Source: Planctomycetota bacterium (GTDB lineage: Bacteria; Planctomycetota; PLA2; JAEUHO01). From it: a stretch of 64,000 nt of DNA. The translations under genes were made by a program, and so were the position numbers. This document shows positions 7,739 through 19,041 of this stretch, piece after piece. The stretch spans positions 32,001 to 96,000 of the forward strand of contig JBFWRP010000011.1 in assembly GCA_050248855.1 (NCBI GenBank). The letters are read 5' to 3'. The notes beneath the pieces are model-generated. The model had not been told where the DNA came from. It made no database searches and saw only the letters and a program-made list of their open reading frames with translations. The first letter of the stretch is position 1, and every line of letters starts with the position of its first letter.

Positions 7739-9661
7739 TCACGCCACGCGCTCGTCGATCTCGCGGCGGACGCGGACCAGGAAGTCCTCGAGCGCCATGG
7801 GGCCGAGGTCCTCACCGGAGAGCAGCCGGACGGCCACTTGGCCGGACTCGACCTCGCGGCCCCCCACCACGAGCTGGTAGGGAACCCGCTCGAGGATGGC
7901 GTCGCGGATCTTGGAGCCGACCTTGTCGCCGCGCACGTCGGCCTCGGCCCGCACGCCGGCGGCCCGGAGCCGATCGCGCACCGCGACGGCGTACTGGCTC
8001 TGCGCCTCGGTGATCGAGAGCACCGTGGCCTGGACCGGCGCCAGCCAGACGGGGAACCGGCCGGCGTGGTGCTCGATGAGGACGCCGATCAAGCGCTCGA
8101 ACGAGCCCAGGATCGCGCGGTGGATCATCACCGGCCGGTGCTTCTGTCCGTCCTGCCCCACGTAGGACAGGTCGAACCGCTCCGGCATGGAGAAGTCCAC
8201 CTGGATGGTGCCGCACTGCCACGTACGGCCCAGCGCGTCGGTCACGTGGAACTCGATCTTGGGCCCGTAGAACGCGCCTTCGCCCGGGTTGACCTCGAAC
8301 GCCATGCCCTGCGCACGAAGCGCGTCGGCCAGCGCGGCCTCGGCCTTCTCCCACGACGCCGGGTCGCCCAGCGCCTTCTCGGGCTTGGTCGCCAGCTTCA
8401 CGATGACTTCCGCAGGGTCGAACCCGATCGCCGGGTAGACCTGCTGGACCATCTCGATCATGTCGGCGATCTCGCTCTGCAGGTCCTCCGGCGCGCAATA
8501 GACGTGCGCGTCGTCCTGCGCCATGAGGCGCACGCGAAGGAGCCCATGGAGCGTGCCCGAGAGCTCGTTGCGGTGCAGCGGGCTGAACTCGGCCATGCGC
8601 ACCGGCAGCTCGCGGTAGGAGCGGGGCCGGTTGCCGTAGACCAAGCAGGTGCCCGGGCAGTTCATGGGCTTGATGGCGAACGACCGCTCGTCCACCTCCA
8701 GGAAGTACATGTTGTCCTTGAAGTGCTCGTAGTGGCCGCTGCGCTTCCAGAGCTCGTCGCTGAGCACGATGGGCGTGCGCACTTCGCCGTAGCCGCGGCG
8801 CTCGAGCTGCTCGCGGATCAGCTTGGTGAGCTCGTTGTAGACGACCATGCCGCGGGGGTGCCAGAACGGGAACCCCGGCCCCTCGGGCTGCAGCGAGAAC
8901 AAGTCCATCTCGCGCCCGATGCGTCGGTGGTCGCGCTTCTTGGCCTCCTCCAGGCGGTGGAGGTGCTGCTCGAGGTCCTTGGCGGTGAAGAACGCGGTGC
9001 CGCGGATGCGCTGCATGGGCACTCCCGACGCGTCACCACGCCAGTACGCCCCGCTCACGCTCAACAGCTTCACGTTGGCCAGCCACGACGTGTCGGGCAC
9101 GTGCGGCCCCTCGCACATGTCGGTGAAGGCGCCCGAGTCGTAGAAGGTGATCTCGTCCTCGGGGATCTCGTCGACGTGCGGGATCTTCAGCTCGTAGCCG
9201 ATGCCCTTCAGCCGCTCCTTGGCCCCGGCCCGATCGAGAGCGACGCGCGCGTACGGGCGGCTCTCGGCCGCGATCTCCTTCATGCGCGCTTCGATCTTGG
9301 GCAGGTCGTCCTCTGTGAGCGTCTGCGGGGTCTTGAAGTCGTAGTAGAAGCCCTCGTCGGTGGCCGGGCCGAACCCCAGGTCGGTGCCGGGGAACAGGTC
9401 GAGCACGGCCATGGCGAGCAGGTGCGCGGCGCTGTGGCGCAGCACGTCGAGCGCTTCCTTGTCCTTGGCGGTCAGGATGCGCAACGACGCGTTGCCCTGG
9501 ATGGGACGCGCGGTCTCGACGACGTGCCCGTCGACGACACCCGCGACGGCGGCCTTGGCCAAGCCCTTGCCGATGCCCGCGGCGACCTCCGCCACCGTCG
9601 TGCCCCGAGGGACCTGGCGCAGGGACCCGTCGGGCAGCTGGAGGTGGATCGAGGCGGACAT
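7739..9661 (-). CDS. thrS: Threonine--tRNA ligase
   Basis: TGS domain (LPDGS), RHSAAHLLA, DMCEGPHV, RDHRRIG, KPMNCP, GAFYGPK, HRAILGSFER. Confidence 0.98.
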   Translation of the reverse strand: MSASIHLQLPDGSLRQVPRGTTVAEVAAGIGKGLAKAAVAGVVDGHVVETARPIQGNASLRILTAKDKEALDVLRHSAAHLLAMAVLDLFPGTDLGFGPATDEGFYYDFKTPQTLTEDDLPKIEARMKEIAAESRPYARVALDRAGAKERLKGIGYELKIPHVDEIPEDEITFYDSGAFTDMCEGPHVPDTSWLANVKLLSVSGAYWRGDASGVPMQRIRGTAFFTAKDLEQHLHRLEEAKKRDHRRIGREMDLFSLQPEGPGFPFWHPRGMVVYNELTKLIREQLERRGYGEVRTPIVLSDELWKRSGHYEHFKDNMYFLEVDERSFAIKPMNCPGTCLVYGNRPRSYRELPVRMAEFSPLHRNELSGTLHGLLRVRLMAQDDAHVYCAPEDLQSEIADMIEMVQQVYPAIGFDPAEVIVKLATKPEKALGDPASWEKAEAALADALRAQGMAFEVNPGEGAFYGPKIEFHVTDALGRTWQCGTIQVDFSMPERFDLSYVGQDGQKHRPVMIHRAILGSFERLIGVLIEHHAGRFPVWLAPVQATVLSITEAQSQYAVAVRDRLRAAGVRAEADVRGDKVGSKIRDAILERVPYQLVVGGREVESGQVAVRLLSGEDLGPMALEDFLVRVRREIDERVA

Positions 9662-9778
9662 GGGAAGACTCCTTGGAAAAGGCCGCCGTCCCCCATGGAC
9701 GGCGTACGGCTTCACTAGCGTACGTGCGCCCACGTAGGCGCACGCACCCTCGACGGGGGTCCCGACGGGTGGGTTCCG

Positions 9779-11608
9779 TCAGTCGGCGGACGTCTGGCTG
9801 TCCTCCTGGGGCAGGTCCCAGGTGAGGTGCAGCTCGTGCATCTGGGCGTCGTCGACCGCGGCCGGGGCGCCGCAGAGCAGGTCGGCCGCGCTGCTGGTCT
9901 TGGGGAACGCGATCACGTCCTGGATCGTCGATGCGCCGATCAGGCACATCACGAGGCGGTCCAGCCCCAGGGCGATACCCCCGTGCGGTGGCGTCCCGTA
10001 GCGCAGCGCCTCGACGAACCAACCGAAGCGTCGCTCGACCTCGGCCTCGTTGATGCCCAGCAACGCAAAGACGGTCTGCTGCACGTCCTGGCGGTGGACG
10101 CGGATGCTCCCGCCACCGATCTCCACGCCGTTCATGACGAGGTCGTACGCGCGCGAACGCAGCGTTCCGCAGAGCGCCTTGCGGTCCTCCGCCGAGCCCT
10201 TCGCCGCGGCGAAGAAGGCTTCGAGCTGGTCGCTGGCCGGGCTCGTGAACGGATGGTGCTGCGCGTCGATGCGCTGGTGCTCCTCGTCCCACGCGAACAG
10301 CGGGAAGTCGGTGACCCACAGCACTTCGTTGCGCGATTCGTCGACGAGCCCGAGCTTGGCGCCCACGAGCAAGCGCAAGCCACCGAGGACCCGGTGCACG
10401 AGCGTGTCGTCGCCCGCGGCCGTGAGCAGCAGGTCTCCGTCCTCCAGGCCCGCTGCCGCCAGGAATGCCGCGGCACCGTCACCGCCCAGGAACCGCGCCA
10501 GGGGGCCGCTGGGCTTGCCCTCGGCCAGCTTGGTCCAGGCCAAGCCCGGCGCGCCCATCGAGCGCGCCTCGCGCTCCAAGCCGTCGAGGTCCTTGCGCGA
10601 GAGCGCACTGCCGCCGGGCACGCGCAGGCCCTTCACGCGGCCGCCGGACTCCAGCGTGGTCGTGAACGGGGCGAAGCCGAGCGCGCCGGCGACACCGGCG
10701 AGGTCCACGAGCTCCAAGGGGTTGCGCAGGTCGGGTTTGTCGCTGCCGAAGCGCTCCATGGCCTCGGCGTACGTCATGCGCGGCAGCGGGTCGGGCAGCT
10801 GCGTGCCGCGCCACGTGCGCACGAGGTCGCGGATCAACGGCTCCAGCAGCGCGAAGATGTCCTCCTCCGTCACGAAGGACGCCTCGAGGTCCACCTGCGT
10901 GAACTCGGGCTGGCGATCGGCGCGCAGGTCTTCATCGCGGTAGCAACGCGCCAGCTGGTAGTAGCGGTCCTGGCCCGCCACCATCAGCAGCTGCTTGAAC
11001 AGCTGCGGCGACTGCGGCAGCGCATAGCAGGTGCCCGGGCGCACGCGGCTGGGCACGAGGTAGTCACGCGCGCCCTCGGGCGTGCTGCGGATCAGCGTGG
11101 GCGTCTCGATGTCGAGGAAACCCTGCGCCTCCAGGTGACGCCGCACGGTGCCGGCGATGCGGGCGCGGGCTCCCACGGTCTGCGTCAGCGCAGGCCGCCG
11201 GAGGTCCATGTAGCGGTGGCGCAGGCGAAGCTCGGTCGAGACGGCCGCATGCTCGTCGACGGGGATCGGCGGCGTGGCGGCCTCCGAGAGCACGACGAGC
11301 GCATGCGCCTCGACCTCGACCTCGCCGGTCGGCCGGCCGGGGTTGACGGCTTCCGCCGGGCGAGCGGCAACGCGACCCGTGACGCGCACGACCCACTCGG
11401 GGCGCACGCGCTCCGCGGCGCCCAGGAGGGCCGGGTCGCGGTCCCCGCGGAACGTCACCTGGGTCAGGCCGTAGCGGTCGCGCACGTCGAGGAACAGCAC
11501 GCCGCCCTGGTCGCGGCGGGCGTGGACCCAGCCGCAGAGCGTGACCTCCGTGCCTGCGTGCTCGGCCCGCAGGTCACCGCACGTGTGTGTCCGGTACGTG
11601 GTGCGCAT
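9779..11608 (-). CDS. aspS: Aspartate--tRNA ligase (possibly the non-discriminating Asp/Asn type)
   Basis: RTHTCG, GWVHARRD (His typical of non-discriminating enzymes), TPEGARDY, ALPQSPQLFKQLLM, YRDEDLRADRQPEF, YGTPPHGGIALGLDR. Confidence 0.97.
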   Translation of the reverse strand: MRTTYRTHTCGDLRAEHAGTEVTLCGWVHARRDQGGVLFLDVRDRYGLTQVTFRGDRDPALLGAAERVRPEWVVRVTGRVAARPAEAVNPGRPTGEVEVEAHALVVLSEAATPPIPVDEHAAVSTELRLRHRYMDLRRPALTQTVGARARIAGTVRRHLEAQGFLDIETPTLIRSTPEGARDYLVPSRVRPGTCYALPQSPQLFKQLLMVAGQDRYYQLARCYRDEDLRADRQPEFTQVDLEASFVTEEDIFALLEPLIRDLVRTWRGTQLPDPLPRMTYAEAMERFGSDKPDLRNPLELVDLAGVAGALGFAPFTTTLESGGRVKGLRVPGGSALSRKDLDGLEREARSMGAPGLAWTKLAEGKPSGPLARFLGGDGAAAFLAAAGLEDGDLLLTAAGDDTLVHRVLGGLRLLVGAKLGLVDESRNEVLWVTDFPLFAWDEEHQRIDAQHHPFTSPASDQLEAFFAAAKGSAEDRKALCGTLRSRAYDLVMNGVEIGGGSIRVHRQDVQQTVFALLGINEAEVERRFGWFVEALRYGTPPHGGIALGLDRLVMCLIGASTIQDVIAFPKTSSAADLLCGAPAAVDDAQMHELHLTWDLPQEDSQTSAD

Positions 11609-11814
11609 CACCTCTACCTCTCTTCAGGTTGGGCGTGGACCGCGCATGGTGCCTGCGGCCGCCCTGCAGAGCCTGGGAAGAACTCACAGGCTCGAGCGTC
11701 GGCCTGCCTTGGCAGGCCGCGCCAACAGGCAGCTCGGGGGCTGGGCAACACGGATGCCCTGCCCCCGAGCGGTAGCCGGCGCCCAGTGCGGTCCCGGCCC
11801 AACCGCTCGATCCT

Positions 11815-13473
11815 TCAGCGGTCGGCGGAGGACCAGTCGTCGGTGTCGTCGCCCGACGTTCGGAACGGCGCGAGCGCGCGCGTCAGGCGGACGAAGCCCG
11901 GCTCGCCCAGCAGGGCCTCGTAGGCGGGCCCGGGCGGGAACTTGTCGAGGCGTCGCGCCAGCGCGGCGGCGACCGCATCGTCCGGCGTCTTTGCCGCCAT
12001 GGCCTCGCGCACCTCGGCCAGCTTCAAGGCCTTCGCCCAGCCGGCACCGCGGGGCTTGCCCTCGAAGTAGCGCTCCAGGCCTTGGACCGCCTCGAACAAG
12101 AGGCGCCGGTCGGCGGGGGTCGGGCCGGGAGGCGGCGCCTCGACCGGGGGCTTGGGCGCGACCTCGGGTTCCGCGGGCCCCGGAGCGGGGGCGGGGGCGG
12201 GCGCAGCCGGCGTCGTGCCTGCATCCGGAGCGGGAGCGGGAGCGGGAGCGGGGCGAGGGGGTGGCCCGACGGGCTGCGACGGCTGGGGCGCGCGCGCGGG
12301 GCCGGGTGCAGGCGGTGTGGGACCCGTCGCTGGCGTCGGCGCGGCGGGCTCGACCACCTCGGGGGCGGTGACGTCCGGGGCTGCCGGCGGCTCGGTGCCG
12401 GCGGGTGCGGTGTGGAGCGGCGGGGCGGCGGGCGGCACGTCGGCCGCGCCGGCAGGCGGCTCGGCCACGGGCACCTCGGCGTCCGGGTCGACGACGGGCG
12501 CGGTCTCCTCGTCGCACGCGGCCGCTTGACCCATGACGCCACACGGAGCCGCCGCGGGCGTCTCGCGCTCGCCGGGCGTGGGTGGCGGCGCGTCGGGAGC
12601 CGCGGGCTCCGGACGCGGCGGCATCGTCTCGGGCGGCGGCAGCGACTCCGCCGGCGTGCCTTCGTCGAACGTCGGAAGCGGCTCGAGGCCCGCGGGATCG
12701 CCAGGCAGCGGGCCCGGCGGCAGCGGTGCGTCGTCCCCGGGCGTCGCCACCCCGGGCGGCGGCGCCGTGCCGGGCGGGTTCGGAGGCACGGGCGGAGGTG
12801 GGACGGCAACAGGACCCGTGCGTGCCGGCCGCGGCGGTTCGCTCGTCGGCCCTTCGGCTTCGGGCGAAGGCTCGACGGGTGTCGCGACCTCGGCTGCGCC
12901 AGGCTCCGCGCCCGAAGCGCCGAGCGGTGTCAGGACCAGGCGGTCGAGCCCGAAGCGGTAGCCGTTGCTCCGCACGTCGTGGCCCACGACGCGGATCTCG
13001 ACGTCGTTGGCGCCGCGCACGAGGTTCACCTCGCCCAGACGAACGGGGCCCGCGAGGTCGACGCGGGGGGACCAGCCCTCGAGCGTCGGCTCGAACATGC
13101 GGCCGCGCACGCTCACGCGGACGTCGCCCGCATCGGGGCCGCGCGTCCACGCCGCGTCCACGCGGTAGGTGCCATCGGCCGGCGCCACGAGCACAAGACC
13201 GAGCGTCTGGCCCTCGCCGAACGGCTTCCAGCGCAGCTGCGCCCACCCCGACCAGCCGTCGCCGTGGTCGCGCATCGACTCGAGCTTGACCGTTCCCTCG
13301 GAAGCGCGCGCACCGCGCACCAGGGCTTCGCCCTCCACGACGAAGGGCCTCGTCGGAGCCTCCGCGGCCTGGGCGCACGGGGCCGCCGCGCCCAGCGCGA
13401 GCGCGGCCAGCAGGGCGCCGCCGCCGAGCAGACGGCAGGAGCGTGCGGCAGGGTCCGGGCGGCGCGATTCCAT
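11815..13473 (-). CDS. Secreted protein: N-terminal beta-sandwich (CBM6/35-like), long Pro/Ala/Glu-rich linker, small C-terminal helical domain
   Basis: Signal-like GGALLAALALGAAAPCAQA; EGEAL...WSGWAQLRW...GTYRV...GANDVEIRVVG...FGLDRLVL; more than 250 aa of PAPA/PEP low complexity. The start codon is a best guess. Confidence 0.6.
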   Translation of the reverse strand: MESRRPDPAARSCRLLGGGALLAALALGAAAPCAQAAEAPTRPFVVEGEALVRGARASEGTVKLESMRDHGDGWSGWAQLRWKPFGEGQTLGLVLVAPADGTYRVDAAWTRGPDAGDVRVSVRGRMFEPTLEGWSPRVDLAGPVRLGEVNLVRGANDVEIRVVGHDVRSNGYRFGLDRLVLTPLGASGAEPGAAEVATPVEPSPEAEGPTSEPPRPARTGPVAVPPPPVPPNPPGTAPPPGVATPGDDAPLPPGPLPGDPAGLEPLPTFDEGTPAESLPPPETMPPRPEPAAPDAPPPTPGERETPAAAPCGVMGQAAACDEETAPVVDPDAEVPVAEPPAGAADVPPAAPPLHTAPAGTEPPAAPDVTAPEVVEPAAPTPATGPTPPAPGPARAPQPSQPVGPPPRPAPAPAPAPDAGTTPAAPAPAPAPGPAEPEVAPKPPVEAPPPGPTPADRRLLFEAVQGLERYFEGKPRGAGWAKALKLAEVREAMAAKTPDDAVAAALARRLDKFPPGPAYEALLGEPGFVRLTRALAPFRTSGDDTDDWSSADR

Positions 13474-13589
13474 CCCCCCACCTTCCGCCGCCCTTGCCGG
13501 TCCTGCAAGGGGGACGCACGGGGGCCGCCGTGCGGGCCCCGTTGGCCGGGCCTTGGCGGCCGAGCCCGCGTGGCGGGGACCACCCACCG

Positions 13590-14980
<1,391 letters not shown>

Positions 14981-14984
<4 letters not shown>

Positions 14985-15520
14985 GTGGCCGTCCTCGCAC
15001 CTGTCGAGAGCACGGTCACGTGGTCGTTGGTGTAGAGGTCGATCTCGGCCGTGACGGCGAGCGCGGCGCGGCAGACCTCCTCCAGCGGTAGGTCGGCGTG
15101 CCGCAACAGCGCGCGAGCCGCGCCCAGCGCGACGTTGCCTCCACTGCCCGTGGCCAGGACCCCGTCGTCGGGGGCAATCACGTCGCCCGTGCCCGTGACC
15201 AGCAGCAGCTCGCTCGCGTCGGCCACGACGAGCACGGCCTCGAGACGCCTCAAGCGCCGGTCGCTGCGCCACTCGCGCGCCAGCTCGACCGCCGCCTTGC
15301 GCAACGGCGCGTCGCCGCCGCGCCCGAGGTGGCTCTCGAAGCGCTCCATGAGCGTGAGGGCGTCGGCCGCGCCGCCGGCAAACCCGGCAAGCACGCGGCC
15401 GTCGGCCAACGCGCGGACCTTGACCGCCCCGTGCTTCTGGATGCCGTGACCGAGCGTGACCTGGCCGTCGCCGCCGATCACGGCGTGGCCAGCGCGCTGC
15501 AGGGCGAGGATCGTCGTCAT
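14981..15520 (-). CDS. hslV: ATP-dependent protease subunit HslV
   Basis: N-terminal MTTI (catalytic Thr), GDGQVTLG, GFAGGAADA, LRRLEA, GSGG. Confidence 0.96.
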
Positions 15521-15530
15521 CGCGGCGAGC

Positions 15531-15986
15531 TCACGCTTCGTCGTCGTAGACCCAGCGCAGCACGTCGTGCTGGTAGTCGCAGGTGCCCTCGGGGAACCAG
15601 AGACCCAGCTCCATCGCCGCGTTCTCCGTGGAATCCGACGCATGCACGAGGTTGAACGAGCGGCTCATGCCGAAGTCGCCGCGGATCGTGCCGCCCGGGG
15701 CCTCCTGGCCGTTGGTGGGTCCGAGCAGCGTGCGCACGACGGCGACGGCGTTCACGCCGCGCACCGCGATGGCCACGACCGGGCCGCTGCCCATGAACTG
15801 CAGCAGGCTGCCGTAGAACGGGCGCTCGCGGTGGACCGCGTAGTGCTTCTCGAGCGTGGCCTTCGGCGCCACCAGCAGCTTGAGGCCGGCGATCGAGAGG
15901 CCCTTGTCCTCGAAGCGGGAGAGGACGCGACCGACGAGGCCGCGCTGGACGCCGTCGGGCTTGACGAGGACGAGGCTGGTCTCCAT
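15531..15986 (-). CDS. ndk: Nucleoside-diphosphate kinase
   Basis: KPDGVQRGLVG, HY..H..RPFY, GTIRGDFG, NLVHASDS. Confidence 0.98.
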   Translation of the reverse strand: METSLVLVKPDGVQRGLVGRVLSRFEDKGLSIAGLKLLVAPKATLEKHYAVHRERPFYGSLLQFMGSGPVVAIAVRGVNAVAVVRTLLGPTNGQEAPGGTIRGDFGMSRSFNLVHASDSTENAAMELGLWFPEGTCDYQHDVLRWVYDDEA

Positions 15987-16191
15987 GGGAACTCCTGGGC
16001 TCCGGGGCGACACGAACGCCGCCAAGGGGGTGGGGAAGGGCGGATTGTGCCGTCGGAGGCCGGGCCTGACCCGTCAAGCGCGAGGGCCCCGGAGGGCCGT
16101 ACACCGCGGTCGGATGACCCCTCCGTGACCACCTCCGGGGAACGTCGGCGGGACGGTGCCGCGTGCCCGCCGCTTGCTCCGAGGACCGACC

Positions 16192-17349
16192 ATGCGCCTG
16201 TTCCCGTTCGCCTCGCCCCGCCCTGCCGCCCTCGCCCTGCTCGTCGCCGGCGCCACGCTGCTGACGGGCTGCCAGTCCGACGGCCTCGGCCTCCCCGGTC
16301 AGGAGGAGGCCAAGGACGAGCAGACCCGCCTCGAGTACTACGAGACGGCTGCGCTCACGTACTACGACGGAGGCAGCTACCAGAACGCCGAGATCATGGC
16401 GGAGCGTTGGCTCAAGGCGAAGCCCGGCGACAAGCGAGCACGCCGCGTGCTGGCCCGCAGCAAGCTCAACCAGGGCACGCCCGTGAAGCTGCGCGAGGCC
16501 GAGGTGATCCTGAAGGACTTGGTCAACCTGGACTGGACGCACCCGACGCGGGGCGACACGCGCTTCGAGGTGCAGGGCGACCTCGCGCAGGTCTACTCGG
16601 ACCTGGCCGACCACTACCACCGCGAGGTGATCGAGCTCGAGGAGGAGCTCCGCAGCGGACGGTCGCCGAACCCGGGCGCTGCCGAGCAGCGGCTGGCCAA
16701 GCAGCGCATGGAGCGCAACAACCTCCTGGCCCAGGCCATGGGCCTCTGGGAGCAGGTGCTGGCCGCCAACCGCGACAATCCGTTCGCACTGGCCGCCATG
16801 GCCAAGGGCCACCTGCAGATGGGCAACGAGGACGCGGGCCTCTACTACGCCGAGCAGTACCTGCGCCTTGCCGAGACCAGCCAGGCAGGCTGGCGCAATT
16901 GGATGCAGCAGTTCGAGGCCGAGGCCAACCGCCAGGACGGCACGCTCGACCCGCAGCAACGCGAGTTCTTCATCGCGCGCATGCAGAGCGCACGCGAGAA
17001 GGCCAAGGCCATGCACCTCCTGGTCGGCACCGTGAACATGCGTCGGCAGGACTACCCGCGCGCGATCCAGCACTACACGGCCGTCATCCGCATGGACCCG
17101 AACGTCCCGGCGGCGTTCATCGAGCGTGCGCAGGCCTACGCCGCGATGGGCCAGTTCAGCTTGGCGCTCGACGACGTGGAGAACTACCTCGAGATGACGG
17201 ACCCCCAGGTCCACCGCAACGAGCGCGTCCAGGCCATGGAGCTGCTGGAGACGTACCGCGCCGCGCTGGCCGGAGGCGGGCGTCGGGGCGCCGCCCCGCC
17301 CCCGGCCCCCAGCTGGGACGAAGGCGGCGGCTGGCCCGCGCCGCGGTGA
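16192..17349 (+). CDS. TPR-repeat lipoprotein
   Basis: Lipobox LTG-C after a hydrophobic stretch; TPR-like repeats (YPRAIQHYTAVIRMDP, AFIERAQAYAAMGQFSLAL); GC-typical codon usage. Confidence 0.75.
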   Translation: MRLFPFASPRPAALALLVAGATLLTGCQSDGLGLPGQEEAKDEQTRLEYYETAALTYYDGGSYQNAEIMAERWLKAKPGDKRARRVLARSKLNQGTPVKLREAEVILKDLVNLDWTHPTRGDTRFEVQGDLAQVYSDLADHYHREVIELEEELRSGRSPNPGAAEQRLAKQRMERNNLLAQAMGLWEQVLAANRDNPFALAAMAKGHLQMGNEDAGLYYAEQYLRLAETSQAGWRNWMQQFEAEANRQDGTLDPQQREFFIARMQSAREKAKAMHLLVGTVNMRRQDYPRAIQHYTAVIRMDPNVPAAFIERAQAYAAMGQFSLALDDVENYLEMTDPQVHRNERVQAMELLETYRAALAGGGRRGAAPPPAPSWDEGGGWPAPR

Positions 17350-17498
17350 CCTGACGGGCAGAGGCCCGCCATCCGGGCTTCGCGAGCGGCAGGAGGCCCT
17401 CCGTCCCCGGTCGCCCGTGCATCGGCCTCCCGGGGACGTTGGAAAGGGGGAGCACGCCGTCGGCCGCTTGGCCGCGTACCGTGGACACTTGGATCCCC

Positions 17499-18647
17499 AT
17501 GAAGTCCTTCGTTCCCTCCCGTTTGCGCTCCTTCCCCAGCTCCCGGTGCCCGGCGCGCGTCCTGGCCGGCGGCCTGCTCGCCGTCGTGCTGACACTCCCT
17601 GCCGCTGGCGTTGCGTGGGCCGACCCGCCGGCCGCCGCGGGGGACCGCCGGCCGGTCGAGCTGGTCCTGGACGGTGGCGAGGTCCTCGCCGGCGTCATCG
17701 AGTCGATGAGCTCGACGGAGGTCGTCCTGCGCGTCGGCCCCGAGTCGCTCAGACCGATCCCGCTCGATCGCCTCGCGCCGCTCGGCCTGTTCCGCGCGCG
17801 TCAAGCGCTCGCGCCGGCAGCTGACGGCGAAGCGCGTCTTGGGCTTGCCGAGCTCGCCGTGGACCTGGGTCTCTACGCGGAGGCCCGCGTCGAGCTCGAG
17901 AAGGCACTCGCACTCGGTGCGATCAAGGAGGCCGCCTTCGAGAAGGCGTTGCGGTCTGCCGAGACTTCCGCTGTCGAGGCCGGCCTGGCCCAGGCACGCA
18001 CGCGCGCCGAGGCGGGCGACCTCGAGGGCGCGCTGGACGTCGCACGCCGCCTCAAGCTCGACTTCGCCGAGGCGCCGGGCGCCTCCGAAGTCGGCAAGCT
18101 CGTGCAGCGCCTCGTGGACGAGATCGCCGCGATGGAGAAGGCGAGTGCCGAGGCCAAGGCCGAGCTCGAGCGCATCCAGCTGGGTGCGCGCCGCGCCAAG
18201 GAGATCTTCCAGCGCAAAACCGAGGCGCTCGACCTCATGCGCGAAGGGCGACGCTTGGCGACCGAGACGCGGACCAAGCAGGAGCAGGGCGCCGTCACGC
18301 GCGCCCGCAAGCTGGCCGAAGAGGCCGACGAGCGGTTCATGGCCTCGCGGCGTCACCTGGGTCGGCTGCGCCGCATCCTGCCCGCCGAGGCCCCCGAGCG
18401 CGCCGAGGTGCTCCAGGCCCTGAACCGCCTCGATCGCGAGCAGTTCGACCTGCTCTTCGGCATGGCCCGCTTCCTCTACCGCGACGCGGGTGTCTACACC
18501 CAAGCCGAGCGCTTCGCTGCGCGTGCCTCGTACATCGACCCCGTGCACCCGGACCTGATCGAGCTGCGCGACCAGCTCATCGCCGGCCGCATCCGCTACC
18601 GCGTGTCCGACGTCACGAACACGCACGGAACCGTGTCGACTCGGTAG
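17499..18647 (+). CDS. Secreted alpha-helical/TPR-like hypothetical protein
   Basis: Signal peptide ending ...AAGVAWA; small N-terminal beta domain (VELVLDGGEVLAG..), then helical/coiled-coil repeats. Confidence 0.65.
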   Translation: MKSFVPSRLRSFPSSRCPARVLAGGLLAVVLTLPAAGVAWADPPAAAGDRRPVELVLDGGEVLAGVIESMSSTEVVLRVGPESLRPIPLDRLAPLGLFRARQALAPAADGEARLGLAELAVDLGLYAEARVELEKALALGAIKEAAFEKALRSAETSAVEAGLAQARTRAEAGDLEGALDVARRLKLDFAEAPGASEVGKLVQRLVDEIAAMEKASAEAKAELERIQLGARRAKEIFQRKTEALDLMREGRRLATETRTKQEQGAVTRARKLAEEADERFMASRRHLGRLRRILPAEAPERAEVLQALNRLDREQFDLLFGMARFLYRDAGVYTQAERFAARASYIDPVHPDLIELRDQLIAGRIRYRVSDVTNTHGTVSTR

Positions 18648-18696
18648 ACGGGGCTCGGGACCGCGGCTCGCTTGACTGCGCGCCTCACGCAGGTTC

Positions 18697-18783
18697 GTTC
18701 CGCGCTCCCGCGCGGACTCGGCGCTCGGGCTACGCCCTCGCGGCAGGGGTGCTGGTTCCGCACCACCCCTGCACCCCTCACGG
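18697..18783 (-). repeat. Family B three-hairpin element (87 bp)
   Basis: Reverse complement CCGTGAGGGGTGCAGGGGTGG...CACCCCTGCCGCGAGGGCGTAGCCCGAGCGCCGAGTCCGCGCGGGAGCGCGGAAC matches the copies at 40175, 40320 and 44300. Confidence 0.9.
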
Positions 18784-18890
18784 CCCGTGACGACCCGATG
18801 CGTGCAGGACGCGGCCTGCTTCTGCGGTCGGTTGGAGCCCGCCGCCGACTACGACGCGGTTGGGGGCGCGAAGAACGGGCCGCCGGCGCA

Positions 18891-18993
18891 CCCCGGGGTG
18901 GAGCCTGGGAATTCTTCCGCTACTCGCCGCAGAGGGCTCCCCCTTGGCGAGGCGCGTCCCTGCGAGTTGCGGAAGAAATCCCTGGCTCCGTAC
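18891..18993 (-). repeat. Family C hairpin element, copy 3
   Basis: Reverse complement GTAC-GGAGCCAGGGATTTCTTCCGCAACTCGC...GCGAGTAGCGGAAGAATTCCCAGGCTCC-ACCCCGGGG; 90 bp between the terminal hexamers (18900-18989). Confidence 0.85.
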
Positions 18994-19041
18994 CGGGTTC
19001 GGAGGCCATCGACCTCGCGCGCGCTTCTCGCACGCCGAGCG

